DNA of 64,000 nt from positions 162,688,001 to 162,752,000 of the forward strand of contig OZ024743.1 in the NCBI GenBank assembly GCA_964016885.1, given 5' to 3'. A model generated the notes under the pieces. The model had not been told where the DNA came from and ran no database searches. It saw nothing but the letters and a program-made list of their open reading frames with translations. Each line of letters begins with the position of its first letter. Position 1 is the first letter of the stretch. Source of the DNA: Eledone cirrhosa. Lineage: Eukaryota. Both the position numbers and the translations under genes were made by a program. Below are positions 38,090 through 51,595 of this stretch, in pieces.

Positions 38090-39525
38090 AAATCTCAGAA
38101 CTGCCAACCTCAATGTTGGCACCCTGAAATGTAAATCGGGTAAAATTGTGGAACTGTTAGAGAGAAAAGAAGTGGATGTGTGCTGTGAACAAGAAGTGAG
38201 ATGGCGGGGTGACTCAGTGTTACTACTCATAGGCAAACAACATACATATGAACTTTACTGGGCAGGAAATGACGATGGGGAAGGTGGTGTGGGTATTCTA
38301 TTCACTGAAAAATGGATAGATAAGGTGATAGAGGAAGGTAGTTCGAGCAAGTGACAGAATTATCAAGCTTAGCATAGCAGTAGGAAATAATATGGTGACG
38401 ATTACATCTACCAGGCAGGACAGAGTAAAGAACAAAAGATCAGATTCTAAGAGGAACTTTTACTGATTAACCTGAGCTAGAAAAGGCCTTTCACAAAGTA
38501 CCTTGATCTATCAGAGGAGTTGTCAGTAAAGTGAGAGTAGGAAATTAGTTTAGTGAGGTTGGTTCTCAGCCCACTGCTTTTCATCATAGTTATCTAGGTC
38601 ATAACAGGAGTTTATGACTGGCTGTCCATGGGAACTTCTCCATCCAGATGATCTGGTCCTTATAGCTGAATCCTTAAACGAACTAGAGATGAGAGGAATG
38701 AAAAGGTTTGATTCCAAAACTAACGTGCCTGTAAGTAGGAAAGAAGATATTACTCCGATTCCTTCAGGGAAGTGGTTCGGCTCAGTATGTAGAAAAGGAG
38801 TAGGCATAAACTCTATATGATGTACACACTGTAAATCTTGGATAGAAAAGAGATGTAGCAGGATATTTGATAGACTAATGGGAAGGGAAGACTGTATGTA
38901 GATGCACAGGGGTAATCAACAGGAAGAGCGTCAGTGATATAAACCTTTTCCAATCCCAGGAAGGATCCATAGAAGTAGGTGAGAGCTTCTGCTATCTAGA
39001 TAACTTAATTAGCAGCAGAGGAGGATGCTCTGAAAGCATAATAGCTAGAATAAGGATAGGACAGAAGTTTAGTGAACTACTCCCATTATTGACAATAAAA
39101 TGAACCTGTGTGCAAAGTGTGGTGCTGCATAGTAGTGAAATATAGGTAGTGACTGCAGAGGATATGCATAGACTGGAAAGGAATAGAGCAACCATGCTTC
39201 ATTGAATGTGCAATGTGAGAGAAAGGTGGAGCTTGGATGAACTGAAGGTGAAACGGGGTTTAAGATGAATCCAAAGTGGTGTGCAAGAGAGAAGACTGCG
39301 CTGGCATGGATGATGAGCCCTGAGTAAAAAAAGTGCTAAGAAATCCCAGTGGAGGGAAATTGCAGAAGTAGACCAAAGAAGACCTGGGTACAGATGGTGA
39401 GAGCTAATCTCAAGTCACAGATTTACAGAGGAGTTGATGAAGGAACGCAGCGAGTGGAGAGATGCTGTGCTGAGAAAGACCTGTCCAACCCATGCAGGAA
39501 AAACAAACATTAAAAACTATGATGA
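38090..39525 (+). mobile_element. Internally deleted, decayed RTE LINE (APE, RT and 3' end)
   Basis: VDVCCEQEVRWRG and GGVGIL APE motifs, TGCPWELLHPDDLVLIAES RT motif, (TGA)n tail. Confidence 0.8.
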
Positions 39526-40133
39526 TGAAAATTGATATTAAATAAATATGTCCACTTTCCACACTAGCATGGGTTAATAATGGAACAATTCTGTTGGACA
39601 CGAAAATAAGAAAACGTAATTTAGATTCACTCAAATCAAATGTCACTCTCCCATTGCTGAGTAATGGCCTCTGTAATTGTTTTATTTTTTTTATTTTCTC
39701 TAAAGTTGATAAAATTCACAGCAGTAATAATGTACTAGAGTTGATTCAATTGAATATATTTATCAAGTTCACCAGTCATCTTTTAGACCATAAAACATGC
39801 CATTTATATACTTATTATTTTTATTTTATTTTCATGCAACACATCTTGATTTTCATGCAACATATCTTGATTTTCATGCAACATATATGGTAATTCTTAG
39901 AATATATATGTCTCAAAACTGATTGTCCCCATCATTCAAAGTTATACATTAATCCATAAAAAATGAAAAATATCTATAATTTCCTGATTTCAAATTTCAT
40001 ATTTAACCAATCATGAACAATGTAGTAAAGTAATTGACTAATTACTATAGTCATATTATGTGGTTAATGATTAATATGTTGGTGCCTGCAAATAACAAGG
40101 TATACATATATGTTTTGAAAGTATGTTAGCTTA

Positions 40134-40360
40134 TTGAATGCTGATGCAATACTGGTCACTGTTGAGACCTCAGGCGTCCTCGGACTCTGTACAGCCAAGA
40201 TCCTCTGTAAAATCGGAACGTCAGCAGCCCATCTGAGGAAGGAGCCCCACAAGGTGTGGTGGCTGTTGCAGCGGGTGTTGCTGATCATTGTCTGCAATAA
40301 TGCCATTGCACTTTTGTCCACAGGGCGTAGCCGAAACATTGCTCTGACATAAGTGTAGAG
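40134..40360 (+). mobile_element. 3' remnant of a CRE-clade non-LTR retrotransposon (restriction-like endonuclease C-terminus)
   Basis: VETSGVLG...IG...EP....LLQRV...I...NA..LL resembles the ET-G-WG...LFQRLS...QRGNA C-terminal signature. Confidence 0.6.
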
Positions 40361-42171
40361 TCTACCACCCTCTCCCCTTCTTCCTCTCTTTCTTCCATTG
40401 CCTAATAGCCCGTGCTCTTTCCCTCCTTTTCTTTTCATTTATGGCATTTATAGCCCTTTCCTTTACTTTCCTATACAACCAGATCTGCCTTTCTTTACCC
40501 CTTCCCACTTTTTTTTCATTACTTAATTTTGTTTGTTGGGTATATAAACCCATATAAACAGAAAAAACTGGACAGTCATAAAATGATAATGGTATATAAG
40601 TATACCCACATACATATACACACAGTTTATATTCGATACATTAATGATCGTGTCATAATCAAAGCAAATAAGTGAAACATTTATTATCTGCTAAAAGAGA
40701 GTGGTCAACTTTTGTGTATGTTCATGTTGCTGTGTTATTGATATTAGTTATGGTTTATTGAATTTGCTCTACAATGAGATTTATGGATGTGTGTGTGTGT
40801 GTGTGTGTGTGTGAATCATTTTGGAGTATTTGGGGTAGATCATATTTGGGTAATGGGGGTTTGAGTATACTCATACAGATTTAGTAGTCTGGTGGCAATA
40901 ATCAAACAAATTAATTAGGGTTATCAATAAAATTAATACAACTAATATCAACCAATTAATAAATCAGATCAGTTAATAAAAAAAAAAATCAAAAGATTGA
41001 TATATACTGAAACCAGCACTGGTTTCACCAATGCCAAACTGTTAGTATCGGTTGTGTAAATAAGTGAATATTCCAACAGTCACACATATGTGTGCGCATG
41101 CATATGTATGTTGGGTGTCTGTGTGCACACATCTGTGCCTTTGTTTTTAATTGCGGTGTATATATATGTATGTGTGTTGGAATGTGAGCTAAACATTCAA
41201 AGTGTTGTTTTTGTAGAGTAGTGCTGGATCGTAAACAGGAAGTGAAAAGAATGGCCGTTTAGTGGGTGGAGCTGTGGAGTGAGTCATGTTACAATGACCC
41301 AGAATTAGGTCAGCCCATCAGTAGCGACAATTTTGACTAAACAAGATTATGGCCACCAAATATGTGAATGAATGAATTTGTTCATACTGAGTGTAATATT
41401 AATAATAATAAAAATAATATTAACAATAGTAATGATAATAATAACAACAATGAGTGTGCATACATGTATATATGCATATATACACATACATACACATGCA
41501 CACACATATATATCATCATCGTCATATAACGTCTATTTTCTGTGCTAGCATGGATTAGACGGCTTGTCCTGCTTGAAGCAAGTCAAATCTGCTGACCGTG
41601 TCTTGCTCACATGCCTGGATGCCCTTCCTAATGCCAACCCAGTGTGTACTGGGTGCATTTTGTCATGACACCTACTTGACCACTTTACAGTGTGGGCTGG
41701 GTGCTTTTTGTCGTGGTGCCTACACAACCACTTTACAGTGTGGACTAGGCACTGTGTCACCCTCCCAACTACTTTAGTGTGGGCTGGGGACTTGGGGAAG
41801 GTTGGAGGTAGATCTCGGAGTGTGAGTGATGGGGTGGGGTGTTCAGGCATGGGTGGAGACTTAGGATGTGGGAGGTGCATGGACAGGTGAGGTTTGTTAG
41901 GATGTGTGGGGAGTAAGGAGAGGGAAAGATGTGTGTACAAGATGTATTCTTCAAGCCGTGCACATGGGAAGGCATGTCTTCTATATTACCAGAGATCTCA
42001 ATCCTGTGTTGAAACCTTCGAGAGGTGCAATTGTTTTATCACCTCAATATATATATATATAGTAATAATAATAAATTTGAAGACTAAAATCCAAAGAGGG
42101 CTCGATAAGGATAAATATATATCAAATATATAAGAACCGTAGAGCAAAAATTTATTAAAATAACAGATTAA

Positions 42172-42220
42172 AGTTTAAGCAAAGAATCGCTGCTTTCACC
42201 CTTAACGGGATCTTCTGAAA
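42172..42220 (-). ncRNA. Truncated copy of the U4A-variant hammerhead motif
   Basis: 42151-42220 is identical to 5916-5985 and is flanked by TA repeats. Confidence 0.55.
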
Positions 42221-42237
42221 TATATATATGGTGGTTA

Positions 42238-42275
42238 CGAGCTGAGGATCCGCTAAGGTGAAACAATTGTTCTCG
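42238..42275 (+). ncRNA. Minimal type I hammerhead motif, sense to NARS1 intron 7
   Basis: cgag CTGAGGA tcc-gctaa-ggt GAAA caattg TT ctcg, with palindromic stem III (CAATTG). Confidence 0.7.
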
Positions 42276-42400
42276 GTATGGTGAACTAACTGTTGTGTAA
42301 CCACTTCTATATATATATACATACACACACACAGTATATTATAAAGTAAAATGACAGGGGGCCGGAAAGTTTGAATTCCCTTAATTATTTATTTCTGCAA

Positions 42401-42458
42401 ACACTATGCATATTTCAGTGGCCAAGCTGCATAAGAACCCGGTGACATCTTCAGGTGT
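42401..42458 (-). ncRNA. Type I hammerhead motif related to the 18.7/20.2 kb family
   Basis: Reverse complement: acac CTGAAGA tgtcaccggg...cttggccact GAAA tatgca TA gtgt. Confidence 0.7.
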
Positions 42459-45032
42459 AAACTGCATAATAGTTGTATACCAATGGAATGACGATTTGAT
42501 AAATTCCGACCTTACACACTTACACCTGACAATGTCACTGGACCGAGATCCTTCGTATTACACAGTAATATAGAAGATCCCTCTTGCCTATGTACAAAGC
42601 GAAACCTACAGTCAGTAGGCGCCTCTTAACCAAATATACCCATCCCCACCGCCATCAACACCACCCTTTTCTCTGTTAAGTTATGTTGGTACCACAACAT
42701 CTGGTCTTAAATAAATGTTGTCGTGTAGGTGTCACGTAAAAAAAACACACAGTCCACGCTGTAATGTGGCCGTGTAGGTAACACGGTAAAAACTTCCCAG
42801 TCCACACTGTAAACGTGGTTGGTGTTAGGAAGGGCAGACAGTCCTATACGACCGAGACAACCAATCTTGCCTCAAGTCGGACAATTCCCGTCTAAACCCA
42901 TGCTAGTGTGGAAGATGGAAGTTAAATGATGATGATGATGGTAAACACATTCCAAGAGGCTTTAAGGAAAAAAGTTAAGAAAAAAACAGAGAAGAAGAAA
43001 GTGTGTTTTGTTTTTGACTCAGAGACGATCATAGCAGCCTGTTGTTATGCTTCACCGTTCCTGAGTGATTATCTTCATCAGATCTTTCCTGTTAGTTTGC
43101 TAAGTACGTAGGGGAATGTACTGCTTATTGAGTGAGTTGATACTACCTCTCAATTCTAGCAACTTTCGGACACAGGCTACAAAAGTGGAGGGGTGAAGAA
43201 TATCATGTTATAGAGAATGATATTCTGTTATGGGTCAAGCTAAGGTCTATAAACTTCAACGGAAAGTATACAATAGATGGGGAAAATTTAGGTACATATC
43301 AAGTAGAAAAAAATTCAGAGCTTAAAAGAAATTAGGGGAGATAATTAATTGAATAAATATACATATAGTTAATTGTAAATATGCAAAAGAGATCATGAAA
43401 AGTATTTAATTAATGGAAAGTATCGGGGACATAGAAAGTAAAAGAATTTACGTAAAGGATGAGTAAAATGTCTATAACAAAGCTAATTGTAAGCATATAC
43501 AGAATGGTAGTCATGGGAGTAAAAAATATATAATATAAGATATAGGAATACAAAATAACAATAAGGTGTAACAAATAAACAGCAAAGCTTAAAAAACAAT
43601 GAAGTTTGAAAAGAATAAAATAAAAGATTAGGATATAAAAATAGAAGTGATTCAACATCAAAGATGGATGAGTTGCATAACGTTGAGTGCTTTTCTCATA
43701 TTATGTTATGGTTAACATTGCAGAATGACCAATTCTACCCAGTGGTAAACCACCAAATTTAAACATATATGTATATAATATATGGTTCTTGGAAATGTCC
43801 AGGAGAGCTTGCAGAATATATTTGTTTGCAAACCCTGGAACAAGAAAGAAGAGAACGCAAGTTTTGGTAGTTTCCAAATATATTTTTCTGTTATTCAAGT
43901 ATTTTTTATCCATGTACACATATATTTTCTTGACATCAAACTTTTGACTAGTTACATGCTCACATGCACATTTAAAAACCTGTATATATGATATATATAT
44001 GTGTGTGTGTGTGTGTGTGTATATACCATTACGTAGTGTCTTTTTCTATTTCCATATGTACCTTATTACTTTAATATTTTGCTTTTCTTATCTTATTACC
44101 ACCACCAACATTCATACAAGCGCACACCGTCACCCTGTCCCTTCTCTATAGCTTGTCAAGACATATTGTGTTTGGCCCAAATAACTCGAAAGAAACCAAC
44201 ATTTTGTTTCTGTTCTGTGAAATCCTACAGTTAAGCTCTAAAAATATCTATTTAATTCTTCTTTACCATTACGTAGTGTCTTTTCCTATTTCCATATGCA
44301 CCTTATTACTTAATATTTCACTTTTCTTATTACCAACACCAACTTTCATACAAAGGCATGCTGTCACGGGACCCCTCCTACTCGCCCTCTATCCACCACC
44401 TTCCAGTTTGCAGAGTGGCAAACATGACCTTTTCACAGTTACCCTGAAACAATGTATGTTCTATGTATATTTATGTAATATATATGCATGCATATGTATT
44501 GTACATAGGCATATATTCACGCATAATGTGTGTGTGTGTATGTATGATGTATATAAATTATATATATATGTGTGTGTTATGTTATATATGAACATGTGTA
44601 TTACCTCTGCATCTGTGTTAATGTATATTATATATGTATACTGCATATTATGTATTATATGTGTTTATATACATGCATGTGTAGTATATATATCATATAT
44701 ACACTACCCTAAATATCACTATTAGCAAGGTACAGCAGAGCCAACTTTTGCAATTGGTCAATTACTTTGTCATTTTATTCATGTAAGCAAGAAATTATGA
44801 ATTTTTTTACAGATTAATGTGCAACTTTTAGTGATAGGGTAGTCAGTTTTGAGATGTATATTAATATCCTAAGAATTATTATAAATTAAATTGCCCCAAG
44901 ATGTGTTGCACGAAACTGCAAAATAGAGTTTGATATATAGCAGCCTATATGTATAAACTGTTTAAAAAGTGCAAATTGCTACAAAAACTAAATCTGGGTT
45001 GCTCTACTTACATTTTTATTTTCTGTATCAAG

Positions 45033-45119
45033 TGCCAGACTTATGATGCTTTACTTCTGACTCGTGAATCTGCTGTATGTGTATATGGAGTCATCAATGA
45101 ACTTCCTGAAGGAAAGAAT
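45033..45119 (+). CDS. NARS1: AsnRS coding exon 8
   Basis: aag|CQTYDALLLTRESAVCVYGVINELPEGKN|gtaagt. Confidence 0.92.
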
Positions 45120-45541
45120 GTAAGTTATAAGCATTATTTTCCAATTCTAAGTGCTTACTTTAGACAATATTTTTTATTTGACTACCCATCTCTCACTAAA
45201 ACCACACCTATTTTAAGATGGGTGATAAATATACATTAATTCATTTCATACCAAACTGCCTGAAGCCACCCCTGGTTTTATTATACAGAACTGTTTTTTT
45301 TTTGAGAGTTTATATTCATTGAAAATCCTTCCACCATAATTTTATGTCAGAACTTTCCTTGAGTTATATTCCAAACAATAATGAGAATGTTATATTTATA
45401 AACCCCACCACCACCACCACCACCAAATTATTGATTATTTGAAAAGAGGTGGTGCTGGTGGGGAATGATAAGTTTAATGCCACTAGTGTTTGACAAGTGT
45501 ATGAAAGGGAGTGGGGGGAGGCTCAGTATCAGTATATTTAA

Positions 45542-45748
45542 CCCTTTAGTATTTACATTACTCTATATTTACTATTATATTTTCACGGTAAAGGCTTTAA
45601 CCCCACATACTTATCTTACATAATATCGAAGCTACAAGATTTTAAGAACAATACCTTAATGTAGGCATGAGTGACTGGTTACAGCCAGTTTGAACAGAAA
45701 GAAGTGAGAGAGTTCTGGCCAGATACAGCCGGTTTAAATGCTAAAGGG
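45542..45748. mobile_element. piggyBac-type MITE
   Basis: TTAA|CCCTTTAGTATTTA ... TAAATGCTAAAGGG|TTAA. Confidence 0.8.
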
Positions 45749-45974
45749 TTAATAGTGGCACATTAAATTTATTCAAGTAGAAGGAAATATGCAGTGAGAA
45801 AAAAAATATAGTAGTTAATTACTTATTTTGAAAAACATTTCTGAGAAGTATAACAAGCAATGCTTTTATTTTATTTTGATGTCTTCAGTGAACTGTAGGC
45901 TCACTATAACTTGCTGAGGAATTAATCATTAGCTTAAGAGAATAGAATTTCTAGAAATTGGATAATTTTGAGAT

Positions 45975-47385
45975 GCTGTCTATATAGCAAACAGCTGTTT
46001 CATTTATCTCAAGCCTGCGCATACAGCCAACCTTTTATTCAGAGGGAGAAACCTATTGTTGTCAACAAAAGTAGTAGTTCCCTAAACTTCTTCCATCCTA
46101 TTCTAAATCTAGCTTCTATATGCTCTCAGAGCATCCTTCTCCACTGCTAATTAAATCACCTAGATAGCAGATGTTATCAACCAATTCTTTGAATCCTTCT
46201 TGGAAAAGATTTACATTATTGTCACTATTACTATCAATTAATCCTGAACATCCACATACAAAGTCTGTCTTTCCTGTTTGTCTGCCTGTTATCCCACTAC
46301 ATCTTTTGTGTACCCACGATTTACATTGTGTACATTGTATAGAGTTTATGCCTCATCCATTTCTACAAGTTGAGCAGGGCCATTTCTCTGAAGGAATCAG
46401 GGTCCTATCTTCTCTTCTACTCACTAGTACTTTAGTTTTGGCTAAGTTTACTCCCAGCCCTTTTGATTCCAAATTCTGTTTCTACAATTGGAACTTATTC
46501 TCTAGTTCTTCCATATGGGGACCAGATCATCCACATAGAGAAATTCCCATGGACAACCAGTCTTAAATTCCTGTTATGGCCTGGAGAACTATGATGAACA
46601 GAAGAGGGTCGAGTACTGAGCCCTGATGAACTCCTACCTGTACTTTGAATTCCTTACTAAACTCATTTCCTACTCTTTCTTTACTGACAGCTCCTCTGTA
46701 CATGGCTTGCAATGCTCTTACAAACCACTCTTCTACCCCTAGTTTCCTTAGGGTCCACCAATGACAGATTGAGGTACTTTGTCAGAAGCCTTTTCTAAAT
46801 CAACAAAAGCTAAATATAGCAGCTTACTCTTGGCTAGAAACTTCACTTGTAGTTGTCTCACTAGGATAAAGGCATCTGAAGTATTTCTCCCAGGCACAAA
46901 ACTGAACTGCGTTTTGTCCAACTTTCCCAAATTCATAACTTGGTCCATTAGTTTTATTCCTCTGTAGTTGCTCCTTTCTAGAACATCACCTTTTCCCTTG
47001 TAGCAATTAACGAGTGTACTACTGTGCCAGTCCTTGGGTATGACACCGTCTTGTATTACCTGATTGACTATGTGGGTGATTAGTTCAGCTCCTACTTCTA
47101 CCGATACATTTAGCATCTCAGCAACTATCTCTGACGGTCCTGCAGTTTTACCATAGTTCATCTTTTTTATCACTTCTTTGACCCTATAACTATCGATTTC
47201 AATAGCTGGTCTCTGTTGGGGTGGCTGAGGGTATTCTCTCATAACATTTCCAGGCTTCTTTTCTTTTGAGCATCAGTGATAAGTGCACCAGTCTCATTTC
47301 TAACACACTTTTCCCCAACAACATCCCAATTCACACAGATATACTTCCTTGCATTGTGGAACACCTCACATCTCTGATCCTCATA
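45975..47385 (-). mobile_element. Decayed RTE LINE RT fragment
   Basis: NYRGIKLM, QFSFVPGRNTSD and FVDLEKA motifs. Same family as 16073-18572. Confidence 0.85.
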
Positions 47386-47713
47386 AATTTATATTTCTAA
47401 ATGCTTATTTAATTATGTATTTAAAGTTTTGGTTTTGATTAATAATTTAATATGACCCTGAAATGATAAAAGGCAACGTTGACCGTGACAGAATTTGGAC
47501 TCAGAATATCAAAAGCTGCAACTAAATACTACAAGGCATTTTGTCTGATGCTCTAATTCTGCCAATCCACCATTCATAATTGTAAAATAAATAATCGTTC
47601 TAGTTTACAATTGTTCAAGCAACAACACCTGCTCAACCTTTATATTAATTAAGAAACAACATAAACTCTTTTAAATGTATTGAATACTTGTTTGTTTATT
47701 TATTATTTTCAAG

Positions 47714-47800
47714 GCTCCAGATGATCATGAATTGGTAGCAGACTATTGGGAGATTATTGGTCATTCTATAGCTGGTGGAGTTGACAACTTACTTAATGAG
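47714..47800 (+). CDS. NARS1: AsnRS coding exon 9
   Basis: aag|APDDHELVADYWEIIGHSIAGGVDNLLNE|gtaaca. Confidence 0.93.
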
Positions 47801-50286
47801 GTAACAAGTGTTTTAAAGCTATCTTCTTTGCCAAAAGTAGGTGTTGGCTTTGCTGACCCCATAAGTGTCATCTTCATTTTATGTTCTTTACATCCCCTCT
47901 ACCTTCATTCCTTCTTCTATGACTTTTAGCCATTTCTTTCTTGGTTTTCCTCTACTTCCTTCCACATTAATTTCCATCACTCCTTTCACACTATTACTTT
48001 CTTCCTTCTTCAGCACAAGATTCAGCCATCTCACACCATTTCTCAATGAAGTAACTTCACTCCATTATAATTGTTTATTATATGTTTTTAACTGGTCAAT
48101 CACTGCATTTCTAATGGTATGAGTGACAAGGAAGTGCTTATGAACCTCTGGTGGAATAAATACAACAGGATATTTTTGTTCAACTGTACTGGTTTATCAG
48201 TTTTGGTGAAAATTAGATAGGCTTCCACACAGTTTCTCTCTACTAAATTTCATTCACAAGGCATTATTGACCTGAGACTATGGTAGAAGATACTTGCCTA
48301 AGGTGCTCTAAACAGGATCGAATCTGGAACAATACAATTGAGAAGTGAATTTTTAACTACGTAGCCATGTCTGCATTCATTAACAATATAACTAAATGCA
48401 CCTGTAAATTTTTTTTAAATATTCTAATTAATCACATGATTTCCTTAAATTTCCATCATCATCATCATCATCATCATTATTAACATCTTTTTTCCTGCTA
48501 GCAAGAATTGAACAGATCTTCACTGACTGAGTCAGTACATAAGTGGGACTACTGACCTCTTAAATGGGCTGGGGGCCTACAATTCTTTTACATGTGGCCC
48601 TCTGCTCTACCAAGTGCATTTTGTCATGACATCAGCATTAGGGAGGTTGTTATGTGTTTGAATCAGCTTAAGGATCCTTCTGACCTTTTGATCGCAGGTT
48701 TTCTATGGCTGGATGCCCTTCCTAATCATCAACTACTTTACAGAGTGTACTGGATGCGTTTATCATTTAGTCACAACCAGTACACTCAGTAAAGTGGTTG
48801 GTGATAGGAAAGGCATTCATCTTTCCCACTAATCTGTCCTTACCAATCATCTTAAGAACATTAAAATCTTGTTTGGCCTGGTACATATTTTTTAATAAGT
48901 GATGTTTCTAGTTTTTTTTTTGTTTTTTCCTTCTGTATGATAAGACACTCAAATTGTGCTGTGTTAATATATTTTAGTTTCAGATTAATTGCTTTTACTG
49001 AAAGCTACTAACAAAAACATTTACATAGTAATAAACATTTTCATTGTTAGAATACTTTTATACACATTCTTCTGTCAGATAGTTGTTTCTATTCTTTTAG
49101 TGGTTTGTGACCATCATCAGTCACTGGCATTTGAAGCCTTTTTATTTTTTCACATGTATTAACTCCAATACTTTTCTTGGTACTTATGTAATCGACCTTG
49201 GACCTGGCCAAATTGCAAAACCAACTGGGTATAAAGGTACACAACTAAATACTATAAGATATTTTTGTTTGATACACCTATTTTGCCATCTCCCATTGAA
49301 ACATATAACTGTGAAACCAGTTGGTTTGATCCTCATCACAAACTACCAAAAATGTATGGCTATATGTCTGTATATTTATTCATAATCCAAATTATATTGA
49401 TACTGTAGTAATTGTCCAATGAACAGCTGCAGTTTCTAGCTACCAAATTTCTCTCTGACTCAACGTTGTGGAATAAGGTGCCACACAGCAGGATTGAACC
49501 TGAAATTAAGTGGTTGCGAAGTGAATTTTTTAACCACATGACAAAATCTGTGTCACGTTTACAAATCCATCTAACAAGGAGACAATCAGTCACAAAATAG
49601 AATCATCATTGTTGCTTTTACGTCCATTTTTTTGTGCTTTCATGGGTTGGATGGGACATTTTCAGCACAGTATCTCTCCATTCACCACGTTTCTTTGTCA
49701 TCTCCTATGTGAGTCTCAGTGATTAGAGATCAGCTCTCACTGCCTCTGCCTAGATCTTCCTTAGTCTACTTCTACTGCAGCTTCCTTCCACTGGCATTTC
49801 CTGGCACTTATTCACTCAATGAACATCATCCATGTGCATCACATGTCTGTACCAACACAGTCTTCTCTCTTGTTGCACACCACTTTGAATTCCTCTTAAA
49901 CCCAGTTTCTCCTGCAGTTCATCCAAGCTCATAGAAAACTTGCCCAACTATGCCAAAGACATGTCAACCTCTCTGGTGCTGGTGCTGGTGTCACAATAAA
50001 ATACACTTAGTAGAATGTGGAACCATATGTAAGCGAGATGCGAACCCCTGACTTGTCTGGGAGGTCAGTAGCCTGCTTCAATATTGACTCAGTCTGTGAA
50101 GGTCCATCCAACTTTTGTTAGCAGGGAAAGTGGACATTAAATGATGATGTAGGGGAGGGAGAGTCTTTGTAAATATTTTTACTCTTGTGTTATTGTTGTA
50201 GAAAATTCACATAAAACTATTGATGATGATTATGTTGGTAGTGACTGTTGCTATAATAATACAATGTATATTTATTATCTCCATAG

Positions 50287-50343
50287 GAAGCTCATGTTGA
50301 TGTCCAGTTAGACAACAGACACATGTTAATCCGAGGAGAAACG
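50287..50343 (+). CDS. NARS1: AsnRS coding exon 10
   Basis: tag|EAHVDVQLDNRHMLIRGET|gtatgt. Confidence 0.95.
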
Positions 50344-51104
50344 GTATGTATTTCTATTGTTCTTTTTACCAACATTTTTTCTTAAGTTTCTCTGAATTGC
50401 AGTGCATTGGTTAGAAATATATATGTCATTTAGAAAATCATGATGGTATCATTTAAATATTAATGAGTTGTTTTCAGCATGAAGATCTCTCAGTTGACAA
50501 AATAGAATGTGCTGGAAATAAAAAAAAAAGAAATATCAATTTTTAATATGAAATTGTCTGTACTGTGGTTTTAACAATATTTCTGAAGGATTTAGGTTGG
50601 GCATTCAATCATTTTACAAATATTCTAATTTGAAAAGTTGCTATATAGCTCAATTAAGAGATCACAACTCCGATACTATGGGCATATGGTTAGAATGTCT
50701 CAGGAAAGAATCACTGGACAGATTTTATGAGCAAAACTAACCGGTAGGAGAATGAGGGGTAGATTCTGAGCAAGATGGTTGGATGACATCCACGAGTTCA
50801 ACTGGTCTCGCTTGGGGATCAGCTGGCAACAGTTGCTTCTGACAGGACCCACTGAAAGGAGTGTTTGAGAACTCTGTCCCCATGACCCTCTCAGAAATAA
50901 GTGGGAGAAGAAGTCTATATAGCTTGCAATATGAATGGCGTACATTCTAAAAAGTCATATTTTGGTGTATCTGCTTAACTTCCTTCTTATATCTAATTCT
51001 TAGTCAATTGCAGTTGTTATTCTAATAATTTGTTATCTGTTCTATATTACTGAAATATTTTATTATCAGTTTTATACTCTGAAAATTTTGTATAGGTAGA
51101 TGAA

Positions 51105-51595
51105 TTAGATAGGATGGAAAAAGTTTAAGGGAGCTATTCCCATTCTTGACAACAAAAGGTTTCTCTCTACATACAAAAGGATGGCTGTTTGACACTTGTG
51201 TGAGAAAGGCGATACAGCATAATAGTGAAACATGGGCAGTGACTGCATGTGTAGACTGGAGAGAAATGAAGCAACCATGCTTCGTTGGATGTGCAATGTA
51301 AATGTGAGAGAAAGACAGCTTGGGTGAATTGATGGAGAAGCTGGATTTAAAAGGAATCTGAGGTGGTGTACAGAAGAGAAAGTGGAAGGAAGCCACTTTC
51401 TCTTCTGAAGGAAGCCACAGTAGAGGTAGACTGAGAAGGTCCTGGGCAGAGGTGGTGTAACCTGATCTCAAATCAGTGTGACTCAGAGAGGAGATGACAA
51501 AGAAACACAATGAGTGGAGATTTACTGTGCTGAGAAGGACCCATTCAATCCATGCAAGCATGGATAAAATGACGTAAAAACGATGATGATGATGT
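51105..51595 (+). mobile_element. RTE LINE 3' fragment
   Basis: IGWKKF-ELFP-like region and (TGA)n tail. Confidence 0.7.

Noticed and set aside
44153-44725. 190-aa ORF and similar ORFs (5017..5532, 8839..9114, 12311..12659)
   Set aside because: They are translations of microsatellite, low-complexity or repeat sequence with no protein features.
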